Below are positions 51,135 to 62,620 of a DNA stretch of 64,000 nucleotides, piece by piece (position 1 is the first letter of the stretch; every line of letters starts with the position of its first letter). Source of the DNA: Lama glama (lineage: Eukaryota); NCBI GenBank assembly GCA_028534125.1, contig CM052818.1, positions 1,862,001-1,926,000 on the forward strand, given 5' to 3'. The position numbers were made by a program, and so were the translations under genes. The notes beneath the pieces were generated by a model. The model worked only from the letters and a program-made list of their open reading frames with translations, ran no database searches and was not told the DNA's origin.

Positions 51135-52200
51135 TTTTATTCATGCATTCCACAGGTGTGTATTGAGTTTGTACCACGTGCCAGGTGTTAAGGGTCCATG
51201 AATGAATGAAAGAGACTAGAGGCCCCGCCCACCTGAAACAGACATTCCAGATCGGGGAGATGGGGCATCAGCAATACACATAGTAGACAAGGAAATGATG
51301 TAATACAAGGAAATGATGTAAGAGGGTCGTAGGTGGTAGGGAGAAAAATAAAGGAGAGTAAAGTGGACCAAGGATGCTGGCGAGCAACACAGTTTCAGTG
51401 GGATGGCCAAGCAAGGCCTCGGGCCAGGGAAGACTTGAAGGAGGAGCCACGTGACCCTCTGGGAGAAAGATACACATGGGCCCTGAGAGTGAGGCTGGCG
51501 CGTTAAGGACAACAGGGGGCGAGTGTGGCTGGAGGGAGGCTGAGGGGCTTGAGGACAGAGAGAACATGGGGGACACTATGTGTAGGTCCCCAGAGGCCAT
51601 TGAAAGCCATTTATTTTTCCTTTTCCAAAACCTACTTGGTTTTATGACGTGAACAGGAGGGTCGGGGCTTTGGTGTCTGCTTTGAGAACAATGCGCAGCC
51701 TTGGCAGAGGTCTCAGCCCGGAGGGACCTGATGTGACTTGACGTTTACGAAGGGCCTCTGACTGCAGTGCGGAGAGCAGACAGTAGGGGACCAGGGGCCC
51801 GGCCCGTGCAATCATCCAGGGGAGCCCCTGGGGGCGGGTCCGGCGAGGAAGGAGAGGTGCAGTGAGAGGCAGTAGGATTCTGGATCTATTTTGAAGGTGG
51901 AGCCAGAGGATTTGCCCCTGGATTGGGTGAGGGTGCGAGGGAACCAGGTGAGTCAAGGTTTGTGGCCTGAGCGGCTTGTAGGATGAGTTGCCCTTTACTG
52001 AGTTGCCAGGAGGAGAAGTTTCATTTTTGGGTTTGGGGGATGATCCAGAGTTCAGTCCCGGGCGTGCTGAGTTTGAGCTGCTGATGGTACATCCTGGGCC
52101 GAGCTGCTGAGCCAGCGGCTGGCCCTGGAGTGTGAGGAGAGGCCCAGGCCGAGGCCTTGTCTCCGGGTGTCCCGGTGTCAGAGCTTCGGGGCTGCCAAGG
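51135..52200 (-). mobile_element. L2 LINE 3' region
   Basis: tttattcatgcattcc..gtattgag..taccacgtgccagg; ggattctggatctattttgaaggtggagcc. Confidence 0.75.
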
Positions 52201-54639
52201 AACGGGAGCCGTGCAAGGTCAGGCCACTCGCAAGAGGTGAGGGGCAGGGCTGGGACCCTCACCCTGTGCCATTCCCGGGGAGAGGAGCTCCGGCCTCCGC
52301 CACCTCCTGGCGACAGCCAGCACGGGAAGGGGCTGGGGCTGACAGGGACAGGGAAGGGAATTGAGGCCCAGGTGACATGCCTGGGCCGGTGAGGACAGGC
52401 AGCAGAGCGAGACCCCAGGCCTCCCTGACGCAGGGTTCAGAGATGTGTGCATGACAAGATAGCACCCGTGGAAACGCCCTGACAGGTCTGGAATGTGGGA
52501 GTGAGTGTGGTGGTGATTATTATTTGCCCCATCGCCTGGCTAGGGGCACATTTCAGCAGAATTGCCCTCTCACCCAGTGAGCTCTGGGGACCGGCTCACG
52601 CTCTTCCTGCTGGGAGAGGCCCAGGCCCCTGGGTGGGGGCCCCACACTCAGTCCCTGCCTCCCTGATTCATTCCAGGTCTCCTGGAGGCCTGAGTCACTT
52701 TCTTTCCAGGCGAGAGCTGCTACCTGTTTGGCAAATCCCTGGATTCTGGGGGGAGGAATGGGAACTAGAGGCTAGAGTTTGTCATGTGTATAGGTGAGGC
52801 GGGGAGCCACCCACATCTGCCCCAGATCCCTGCCCCAGCCTGAAATTCACTCCCTTGTCTGTCCAGCCAGCCAGCCAGCCATTCCTGGGTAACCATCTCC
52901 ATTCGGGTACACAGTATTGTGCAGGTAACAAACCCTTTCAAATTGGTCTGTTTTGCAGATGAGAAGATTAAGGCTCAGAGGAAGGAAAAGGCGGGTTCCA
53001 GAGCGCCCAGCTGGTGAAGCAGCCTGCCGGGGTCCAACCCCAGCTTGTGCGACCCCAGGAGCTCCTCCATCGACAGTCTCCACTGTCCCTAAGTCTGGCT
53101 GCCATTTTCCAACTTGGCCCAGATTCTCTGCTCTGGGAAGCAAGCTGTGACCTTGGGGAAGTCTGTCGAGTCACCCTGAACTTTGGCTGATGGGAAATGG
53201 AGACAGGGGCCCGCGAGGAACAGCCTCCGGGATGGCCGTGCAGCAGGGCTGGGCAGAAGCAGTGGGAGAAGTCCTGGCAGGCGGGTGCTTAGCAGCAGCT
53301 CCGTGGAAGCAATCGGAACATCACAGAAGAAGGCAGCTCGGTAGAAGGCGTTCTGGGGAGGAAAGCAACCAGAGGAATGGAATGAATTGTATTCAGGGGC
53401 AGGGATCATAGGGCGTGTGTATGGAGTCAGGGAAGGTCAGATTGCAGAAGTTTCTGAATGCCTTTGGAATGTCCTGGGCCTTTCTGCTGAGGGCCTAAGG
53501 CGCCTCTTCCTCCAGGAAGCCTTCCTGTGTTAACCCCGCTGGTTCCTCAGCCCTAGCCGGCTCTCCTTCCTTCCCTGGCATAGCCTGTACTTAAGAAGGA
53601 AAGCACGAAACTTCCTGGGTCATGCCCTGTCTCTAGGGAACAGGGCATGGCGCACCTCACCAGGCACCCACACAACTGAGAGTTACCAGAGACTTTCCCA
53701 AGAAGGAGCAAGGCTCAGAAGGAGGGCCAACCCCACGACAGGTGTATTGTCTTTTACCTGAGGTGTATCCAGAAGTCTCTCCAAAGATCCCCAACCAAAT
53801 GTCATGGTGCCTGGAATGCGCGCAGTGGAGATTCACCCTTTGGGCTAAGGCACACCCCCTTATGACAGGTGAATTTCCTTGAGAAGGGTATGGCTGTTCC
53901 CATGGCTGGGAATGTCTTGGTTTAATACTTTCCTCCCTGGGTGGGTGGTGAGGGTGGGATGGGGGAGCAAAGGAGAGGAGGGGTGGCCAGAGAATCCCAC
54001 AGGAAGGCAGGTGGCAGAGGCACCTCAGGCCACCTCACACCTGTGCTGTGGGAGGACTGGGTTCATTCAGAGGCCTCCCAGTAATCCCTCCCCACGTTTC
54101 ACCAATGCTCCAGCAGCTAGGTCAGCTTCTGCCCTCTTTCAAGGAGACTCTCGGACGGCGTTGGGCTCCCTTGTTACAGGGAGTGTAGGGGCTGATTTAG
54201 GGGAGGCTTGGAGCCCAGTTCTCCTTAGCAGGCAGAGCTTAATTCAGGGAAAGCAAACAGGACACCTGTCAGGTAGCCAGTCTGTAGAGGGCATAAAAGA
54301 GTCAAGCCTGCGACCCCATCCGTAACCGCCCAATACAGATTAGCTCCACTCCCACGGAAACGGACAGTGCCCTTGGGCAGAATTAAAAGCACATTATGCC
54401 CGTCTATCCTGGCCGTGTATTTTTGCAATAAGTATGCACAAGTTGCATGGTGCATTTACACGCCACGCCTCTCACCTGGGACCCAGCGTCAAAGCTGCCA
54501 TCAATTAAAATCTTGCAACCACGTGTGGTGCACACGGCCCTGCTTTTTGGGAAGGAGGGATTTGTTTTGTCATGTAAGATTAAAGGTTTTGACCTGACCT
54601 TTAACAGCAGGTCGGGTTTAGAAAAAGGAAGTCTGAGGA

Positions 54640-55421
54640 AAGGAAGGACATGGCCAGTGGACGACCATGAGCCAGAATAAAAATGATGTTTCAATATATT
54701 GTGAATAAGACGCAGTAATCTTATGTATATAAGTTAGAGGGTGTGGTTAACCGTCACCAGTTATAAATAATAGGAAGATGGGGAAATAAAGGCAATGCCA
54801 AGTAAATTAAATTATATTGCATTTACTGCAAATAGTTGATTTCCTATTCTGAACATAAAGAAAAAAGGATGTAGTTCATATGAATTGAAAATCTGTTTCT
54901 TCAGTTCCACTGAATGAAACTAAAGAACAAAATGTATAATGGTTATTGGGACATGACATTATTAGCTTTCTCGGGTGGACTGGGTGCCCTGTTTTTCCTT
55001 TATGAGGATGGCTGGTGGTGGAGAGGCTGCTTGTGGGCGATTGGAAAGCCATCATCTGGGAATGACACAGTCCCCATTTGTGATAGGGTAATGCATGCGC
55101 TTCTTATTCATGCTTTAAATAACAAGGTCCAGCAGCAGGTTTAATAATTACTGAGATTTCAATTTAGAGATAAGCACTTACAGTATTTCAGGGTATTTTC
55201 CCAACCAATGTGGTATGAAAATATCTGATTTGTACTGGGGACAAAGTCACAGATACTTTGGTTCACTTCTGTGGTTTGTGGCCTACAAGCATAATTAAAA
55301 GAATTCAGTTAGGGGTTAGTGAAAATAAAGGTGCAATTTTTTTCTCCATTCAATTTCCAAACCCTCTACATTGTATTCATGGATTCCCAGGGGGTCTAGG
55401 GACCCAAGGGTAAGGATCCTG
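54640..55421. mobile_element. hAT-Charlie-like DNA transposon fragment
   Basis: gacaaagtcacagatac..gtggtttg..ggttagtgaaaataaag..ggacccaagggtaaggatcctg terminus. Confidence 0.55.
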
Positions 55422-55479
55422 GCCTCTGAAGCTCCGTCTCAGTCCCAGCTCACTGGGCACATGCCCAGAGAGTGAGGCT

Positions 55480-56450
55480 TTGGGGCTCAGTCCCCCTCTG
55501 ACCCTTCTTCGGTGCTGGTATCTTGTCTACCCTGTGTCCTGCCTCCCCACATTCTCCTCTGGTGGCTGCTGCTCATGGCTTTGCCCACATCTACCTGCTT
55601 CCACATCCTCTCTGACTCGGGGACCCCGGTCTGGCCTGCTGCCCAAGCCTCCTGACTGGTCCCCTGCTCCTCTCCACTGGCCTCTTGGTGGTGGGATGGA
55701 GAGATACCAGTTCATCATGTCACCCTTTGCTTAAAATCCGTCAGTGGCTTCCCAGTATACATAAGGTAGGAACGAGAGGCAGACCTCAGCTCCCAGGGTC
55801 TGGCCCTGCTATCCCCCCACGCCCACCAGTCTCATCTTGCACTGACCCCTTTCACTTCTTGGCTTCTGCCCAGGGCCCGTCTGCCCCACTCACCTTTAGC
55901 TGCTCCCTCTGCCTGGGGCGCTCCTTGGTCAGCTCTCGGTCAGACATGACTTTCTCCAGGAACCTTTCTGCTCTCTGCAATGCTCCTGTTCCACTCTGGC
56001 TGCTCCGCTCAAGGCCAAATTATTAGAACGTGCATTTTCTCTCTCACACCGGGAATGGGTGGAGGTCCTTTAACATGACAAGGGGGGACTCTGGGAGCTT
56101 CCAGCGACCTGGGAGGACTGAGGATCCCTGGGAGAACCCTGGCTCGAGGCCTGTGCTGACTTCAGGAGCTAACGCTGTGCTGGGAACCCCCGGCCACTGG
56201 CCTGCGGTGTAGGGAGGGAGCAGGCCGCCCTCCCACGTGCGGCTTCCCCAGTGTGGGCTCTGCTTGCAGCGTGACCTTTCGTCCAACGCCCCTAATGCGG
56301 TCGCAATTTTACTTTCCTTCGATGAATTTCATCTCCCGATCTAGACTGTAAGTTCTGAGGAGGCCCAGATGGTGTCCGTGCCTGGCCCCTCACCTGTGCC
56401 TGGCACACAGCAGAGCTCAGCAGCTGCTATTGACGGAATGTGTGAGTTCT
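55480..56450 (+). mobile_element. L2 LINE fragments
   Basis: gcttaaaatccgtcagtggcttccc; ctagactgtaagttctgagg..tgcctggcacacagcagagctca. Confidence 0.65.
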
Positions 56451-57739
56451 CCCTTTCCTGCGGACGGGAAGAGCCTGTGCATGCTCACGCTCCCCTGGCC
56501 CCTTCGGAGTCTGCACACTCTCAGCTGGGCTTATGGGTATGTCCCCACTCACCGGCTAAGTCATGGCTTACTCGTCTTGTAGGAGGGTTGCCGGTGACTC
56601 AGACCCGGTGCGGCTGGGCCCGGCTCAGAGGGAGCTCCCTGGAGACAGAGTAGGAAACGTGCTCAGGAAACGTGTGCCGAGTTGAGTGTCAGCCAAGCTC
56701 GGAGACAGAAGGTTGGGCAGGATGGCCTGGTTGGAGGAGGGTGGGCCTTCAAGTGGAGGGAACAGACAGGCCAGGTGCCCGAGGTCAGGGTTCGATTTGG
56801 GGTCAGTCTCAGGGGAAGGTGCCGGAGAGTCCGAAGGGTTCCACACCCCGTGATCTGGGCTGGGTGCTCCAGATAGGATCCCGGCACACCCCCGGCGGCC
56901 TGCCCCCACCTGCTTCTGGGGCGGGGGCAGCAGGTGGGGCCCACTTATCGCCAACCGGGCCAGCGGGCGGAGCTGGCCTGGCTCTGGGGAGGTGGCAATC
57001 ATGCAGGCACTCCTCAGCAGAAAGTCACCTCGTTGCGCAGCCCCTTCCTGGGAATGAGAACTGAAAAGACCTGGGAGACACAGGGCCAGAGGGCCGCCAC
57101 CAGGCGTTGGGGTCTGTGGAAGGTACTCAGGGTCCTCTCAAACTGGGGGCCAGTGGCCTTCTCTCTGCAGGACATGCAGAGGGGCAGGGCTCAGGCTCGA
57201 TCAGTCCTGGGCTGTGTAGATCTTGGCCTTCTGGGGTCTCGGGAAGCAACTGCAGCCTCCTTCTAGGCCGTTTGGGGAGGGTCTCTAAAATCACCTCTAA
57301 TCAGTAGGCCTAGACCAACTTCAGTTACGGTCCCCGGAGGTCTCCTAGGCCCCGACCTACATGTGACAGTGCCCTTGGCCAGGGTCAGTTTGGGGGCTGA
57401 GTGCCCTGGGTAATTCTTTAGGGGGGCTGTGGTCGCTCACTTCCTTCTGGTCAGGGTGGGCAGGCTGAAGCCTGTCTCTATCACTTACTAATTAATTTCC
57501 TTAAACACAAAAACCTTTACATAAGCCTCGTGGGCATATCCTCAGAGCATACGCTGGCATGTATTTTCCCACACATCTTCACAAATGAAGGCATGCTCTC
57601 GCATGACCACAGCCGTAACCAAGCTCCCGTGCACCAATGCAGAGACTCCACGCAGAGGCGCACGCATGCGCCTCGCAGCCTGGGCAGCCTCCACGTGCAG
57701 ACGCCGACCCCAGCCCTGTGCGGGGCGGTGGGCAGCTGT

Positions 57740-58297
57740 GCCAATTTCCTTCCAGTCCTTTTTCTACGCACTTGAGACACGTACTTCTGGTTAAACTCTT
57801 TGTACAATTCCGTCTCTCAGGTCACAAGATACTTTTTATAAACATCATTTTGAAACATTGCATAATCTACTATCATAGGGGCGGACCATAATTGATCAAG
57901 ACCAATCCCCTATTATTGAACATTTAAGTCATTTTCAGTTTTTCACAAGACTGTGCATAAATCTTTCTCCACCTAACAGATGATTTCCTTGGGCTGAACT
58001 CCCACAAGTCACAATACTGTCAAAGGGTAAGATTTTTTCCCCTCACTTTTATTGATACGTAATTGACATATAGAAGGGTAAGACTTTTTTTTTAAAGGCC
58101 TTTGATAAATATTGCCAACATTCCTGAGCTGGTCAATTTATGTGCTCATTGTCTCATTCCCTTGCCAAAACTAGATACTCTTATTTCAAAAATTGTTAAT
58201 TTCATGTACAAAAAAACTTTTTTTGGTCCTTCTTTTAATTTGCATTTGTGGATTATTAATGATGACAATCATTTTTCTGTGTTTGTTGGTCATTTAT
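57740..58297 (-). mobile_element. Ancient L1ME-like 3' region, host of the ERV; continues at about 62621-62990
   Basis: ccaatcccctattattgaacatttaag..ttttaatttgcattt..gttggtcatttat | tatttcc..catattgatttctaagaactctttgtatattaagga. Confidence 0.7.
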
Positions 58298-58378
58298 TGT
58301 TAGGGCAAACATGCCCAGTAAGGAATGTACTTTATCTGTTAAGAGATCACAGGGAGACATCTGAGAGCCCAGGAATTG

Positions 58379-59033
58379 TGAGACAGGAGGGAAGAGGGCA
58401 GGGCACAGCCACGCAAGGAAAGACAGCAATTTAACACCAAAATGGTGGAAGAGTCACCAAAATGGTGGAAGATTCAGCTCCCAGTTGGCCTTGAGGATTA
58501 AGCGGTTTGACTTCTAATAGACCTTGAGCTTCAGTAGATGCTCATTGTAACAGCGTGATCAATAACATGCCCGCAGGCGCCATGACAGCCCCCAGGCTGA
58601 CCGCAAAAGGCCAAAGAATGGGCGGTGGCCCAGTTCCTGGGGACCCCAGCCCCTTCCCCAGAGTAGTTGGAATGGTCCCACCCGTAGGTGTGTGAAGCTA
58701 CCGAGCCCATAAACACTGGCGACACCACGCCTAGCAGCCTTTCTCGCTCCCTCCTCTTTGGAGACGGCCTGCACTCTGTCTGTGGAGTGTGTTCCTACTT
58801 TTACTTTAACCTGAGCACCCAATTCCCACACCTCTTTCCCTGCCTTTCTCTTGCCTTACATTCTATGCAGTGTGTGTCTCGCTAAATAAATCTACCTTTA
58901 CTCATCTGTGGCTCACACTTGAATTCTTTCCTGCACAAAGCCAAGGACCCACACCTGCGGGGCACGTCCCAGGGGCTCAACCGAGACCTGGGACACGGCC
59001 CTCCTCATGCCCCACATCCGATTTCCTGCAACA
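58379..59033 (+). mobile_element. Solo ERV1 LTR, MER41-like (cetartiodactyl type)
   Basis: TGAGACAGGAGGG...TTCCTGCAACA. AATAAA at 58885-58890. 4-bp TSD attg/gttg. Tandem CACCAAAATGGTGGAAGA units in U3. Confidence 0.8.
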
Positions 59034-59049
59034 GTTGGACTTGGAAGGA

Positions 59050-59341
59050 TAGCCGTCTTCTGTTCTCTGGGATTCACCTTTGGGTTGCATTTTAAAACAC
59101 TGGGATAAAGACATAAAAGAAAAAAAAATTGTTTGTCTTTTTCTGTAGCACCGCCTGGCCACAATACCAGTTCCCAGCTCAAGAGGCTTGGCCTCTTAAT
59201 GTAACTCTAAATTATAACACCATGTACCAGCTAAATTCTTTCTATCACAACTTGGGCAAATGGTCTGAGGTCTCATATGTCCAAGCCTTTGTGGCTCTCT
59301 CTCAAAACTTAGATCGGTTCTGTAAGACAGTGTCTGATTAG
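59050..59341 (+). pseudogene. ERV1 gag matrix (MA) remnant
   Basis: Reads DSPLGCILKHWDK, then after a frameshift in an A-run FFCSTAWPQYQ..WPLNVTLNYNTMYQLNSFYHNLGKWSEVSYVQAFVAL. This resembles the gamma-like ERV gag N-terminus (PLGCILKNW..FFCNTAWPQY..WP.NGSLNYNTILQLDLFC...GKWSEVPYVQAF). Confidence 0.85.
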
Positions 59342-60219
59342 AACTTGTACTGGTCCGTCTGTGATGGCCACGCATGCATATGTTTTGTACCTGCATTCTG
59401 TCTTGTGAAATGGGAAATTCTGGTTCTATTCCACCATGAAGCCCTCTTGGGCAAATTCTGTCTGGCTGGAAAGATTTTAGTTACTAGCGTATGACTAAGA
59501 TAAAGATGGTATTATAATAATATTCTTTACACACCAGAGAAGATTGGTTTAGTGAAGCTGTTTGAAAATTCCCAAACTGGTTCTTTTTGCAAATGCAGTT
59601 CAAAAAAAAAAAAAAACTAGCTTGATACTTTTGCAAAATTCTGACCCTGAGGGAACAAAAACATTCCTAGGAGAAAAGAGATGTGAAAAGAGACAAAAAG
59701 CAAGCCAGATACATGGCTGCCACCATTGCTCATTCATGCCAGGATCAAAGATGTGGCTCCAGAAATAATCTAAAGGCCACCAATCCTTTCACCGCTCCTG
59801 AAACCTCCCCTTCTTATCTTAAGACACTTGTGAATATCAGGAAAAACCCTTTTTCTGGTCCGTAAGGGAACAAAGTCATTCTAGGAGGAACTTGAGATGC
59901 AAACGTTCTTGGTCATCTCTAGGAATCCTTACCTCACCATCTTTTTAAAACGCAAATTTCAAGAAAGGGTGATAAGTGATTTGGAATTGGACCTGTTAAG
60001 GACAAATAGAAATCTTGACTCTTTTCCATAAATATTAGTGAAAAGGATTTCGCCATCTAGATGACTTTGATTTGTTCCATTTGCCAGAAACCCAAATTGA
60101 ATCCAACCTCTTTTTGTAACTGGTGGGTTTTACATCCTTGTGCGCAATTCCTAGCTAAAATGGAAATGGGAACTATGAGGTCTCTGTGTTTTGTGTGTTT
60201 GTACGTGTGTCATAGATAT

Positions 60220-60392
60220 ATGCACAATCTTATGCAGAGTTAAAGTTAATCCAACTGTTAGGTTTATGGTCAACTAACCTATATCCAGTACTTCTGGGTT
60301 ACTGTGGTGGATTTCTCCACTCTATGGGTCTAATTGATAGTCTCTTAGGAAATGTATTCAAAAAGAAAGAAATTATAGCTCCGTTCAGGCCC
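60220..60392 (+). pseudogene. ERV1 env SU N-terminal remnant with decayed CWVC motif
   Basis: 60250-60337 reads SNC*VYGQL/PISSTSGLLWWISPLYGSN*, compared with SNCWVCG.LP.SSTSGLPWW.SPL.G.DW of class I ERV env. Interrupted at 60396 by a solo LTR and probably continues at about 60999-61100. Confidence 0.7.
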
Positions 60393-60396
60393 CTAG

Positions 60397-60994
60397 TGTT
60401 GCCAAAAGTTCGACCCCCATCCCTGATGAGTCAAATCGAAACTCAGACAGGGTCTTAGAACATAGAAGGAAAGAGGCAGCTTTATTACTTTGCCAGGCAA
60501 AGGGGATTCACAGCAAGCTAGTGCCTTGAAAACTGTGACCCCACCATGGGGATGGGGCACAGTGGTTATATAGCCTGAGTTCAAACAGTAAAACGTTGAT
60601 GACAATCAACAGAATCGTTTGCTGGTCATAAGACTTAGAGTGGCTTCATGATGTCTCCAGGCGACCAATTCTATAGAGGCCAGTGGTGGTCAGTTGCTCC
60701 ATCTCTTTATCTCATAAGTGCTCTTGGCCTGGTCTTTTTGATAATTTAACTTATTTTGTAAGGTTACAGTTCCGTGACTTCCTCCCTGGAGAACGACTCA
60801 GAGACCAAGCATGATTATTGCTTTCAATTGCTGAAATAAAGTAGAAACAGTAAAATTAACAGCTTTAGTTTTAACAGTGGGCCTGGAACTGTGAGTAGCA
60901 ATCGGTCAGTCAGGTCAGCTGACCGTTTTAAGGGCGAGCATGAGAATAAGCAATCTGTTAGCCTAAGTGCTGCCATTTTATTAATTCTCCTTCA
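60397..60994 (-). mobile_element. Solo ERV1 LTR (MER4-group-like) inserted antisense into env
   Basis: Minus strand reads TGAAGGAG...GGCAACA. Perfect 4-bp TSD ctag at 60393-60396 and 60995-60998. AATAAA on the minus strand (tttatt at about 60481). Confidence 0.85.
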
Positions 60995-61379
60995 CTAGCG
61001 ATATTACTAGGTGTGATTCCCTCACCTGGCCAATTCATACCTGCTCTATTCCTGGCCATAAATACGAATTTTTTTTCTAACGTTACTCAAGCTCAATCAG
61101 AGCAACAAGTAGAAATCTGAAGCAGTTAACCAGATGCGTCGTTCTATAGGAGATTCGTGATTATAAGGTGTTACTCTAGATACGGGGAGAAGCAACAAGA
61201 GGGAATAATTTCCTGGCCCATAACAGGCTAGTAAGACTTGTGGTCCGGGGACTTTGCTACTGTTAATAAGGCCTCGTCCCGTAACAGCACACTGAGTGGC
61301 CCATCAACAAATCCTCGCCTGACCTCAGAATGAGCACTCTTAGCACGTGGGGCGAAATGGTCATGAAATGCCTCCAAAG

Positions 61380-61640
61380 CCACGGTCGAATTTATGATCA
61401 TGGGGGCACGTGCCATCTGCCTCTACAAGGATTAAGTCTCAAGCCACTTAAGTCGCTGATCTTTAGCTCACCCTGGAAGGAGCTCAGGGTGGAAATCAGG
61501 AACGGGGAGCTCTGTGCTCTGGGAAAACTGGCAAAACAGGCCTTCAGATAGATATTTTCAGAAAAAGCTTTCATGAGCCCAAATTCTTGCATGTCCTTAT
61601 ATCTAGATAAGGACCAAGGTCATTAATGGTGACATCTACT
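61380..61640 (+). mobile_element. Probable truncated fragment of another cetartiodactyl ERV1 LTR within env
   Basis: ggagctcagggtggaaatcagg...ctctgtgctctgggaaaactggcaaaacagg..ttcagatagatattttcag resembles recalled ruminant/suid LTR U3 sequence. Ends are not defined. Confidence 0.45.
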
Positions 61641-61647
61641 TTGGCCA

Positions 61648-61692
61648 TTAAGGAGAGCTGTCCTGCAAAACCACATGGCTCTTAACATCCTC
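61648..61692 (+). pseudogene. ERV env TM immunosuppressive-domain remnant
   Basis: Translates LRRAVLQNHMALNIL, matching the ISD consensus LQNRxALDxL. Confidence 0.8.
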
Positions 61693-62165
61693 AGTCTGAT
61701 GTTTACTACTGTTTAGTCACTAAATAGGTCTCTGACTGGTTCTCCAGTGCCTTTTCCTAGATCCCTGAAGGGATAAGTTCTTCCTTTACAGACATTCTCA
61801 GATTTCTTCTCTGTTTATACTGGGTTTAGCTATTTACCTTGGTATACACTTACTTTTGTGTTGTATCCCTCTCTGACAACGATTGTCTCTCTTTGAGGTC
61901 CAAGAACTTAGGAACAAATACACCCATCCTAACAAGATTACCATGAAACAAGCCAACATCCTGGTGATGCAACCGTTGGATGCCATTGGGGTCTCCTTCC
62001 GCTCCCACCTTTAAGGCTACCGGGACTTGGCCTCATAACCCCAGATAGATTGGCGCGATAGTCAGGGACAGTGCGATGCCTGCAGTTTAGCAGGAAGTAG
62101 ATACAGAAGATGAGACCTTCGCCCCTATTCCAAAGATCTGTCACTGCTATTCTGTCAGTGGGGAA

Positions 62166-62620
62166 TGTAGGGCCAATCATGTCCTTCCAAGGCCAATGAC
62201 CCCCATTCCTGGGCTCTCAGTTGTCTGCCTGTGACCCCTCAACAGATAAAGTACATTCTTTACCGGGCACAAACTAATAGCCCCAGGTAATGCTTAATCT
62301 CACAATAGCTTAGGCCGGCTTGTTTCAGCCCACCTTATCAGAGTCATAAACCCCACCACCCTTCATGGACCCTAAACTTCTTACCTTACCTACGACCAGT
62401 CAAAGACTTGTGCACAAGCAGATCAGGCACCTTGTGACCCTACCTTGTAAAAGACCCCAACAACCAACCCTCAGGGCTCACATAGGCACCTCTTGTCTGT
62501 GTGACATACTGTTGTCTATGGCAGCATGCCCCTAATTAACTCCTTTACTATTCTCCTCCTTCATCTCTACTAAATTCATTTACCAGCCAGCAACACTGGC
62601 CACTGTTGTGTCCCACAACA
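62166..62620 (+). mobile_element. 3' LTR of the ERV1 provirus (here called LTR family A)
   Basis: TGTAGGGCC...CCCACAACA, preceded by the PPT AGTGGGGAA (62157-62165). Alignable along its length to the reverse complement of 8531-9007. Confidence 0.88.

Larger units (their letters stand above)
58298..62620 (+). mobile_element. Rearranged, non-autonomous class I (ERV1, MER4-group-like) provirus remnant with nested LTRs
   Basis: Starts TG and ends CA, with a 5-bp TSD tttat (58293-58297) / tctat (62621-62625) inside a minus-strand L1. Contains gag MA and env remnants, a PPT and a 3' LTR. No pol-like sequence was recognised. Confidence 0.8.

Noticed and set aside
5501..51320. Short tandem duplications at about 5501-5525, 26023-26043, 27772-27797, 36948-37005 and 51287-51321
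   Set aside because: Two-copy slippage duplications inside old repeats; no spacers and not CRISPR-like.
40400..57500. Many 60-200 aa ORFs in the GC-rich half
   Set aside because: Pro/Gly/Ser/Arg-rich chance frames overlapping MIR and L2; no recognisable domain or consistent exon chain.
58634..58662. STAT1 GAS sites expected in MER41-like LTRs
   Set aside because: Candidate sites read TTCCTGGGG and TTCCCCAGA, not TTCNNNGAA, so there is no support for an interferon-inducible enhancer here.
60220..61900. Domesticated env (syncytin-like) gene
   Set aside because: Stops, frameshifts, large deletions and nested LTRs; no open frame.
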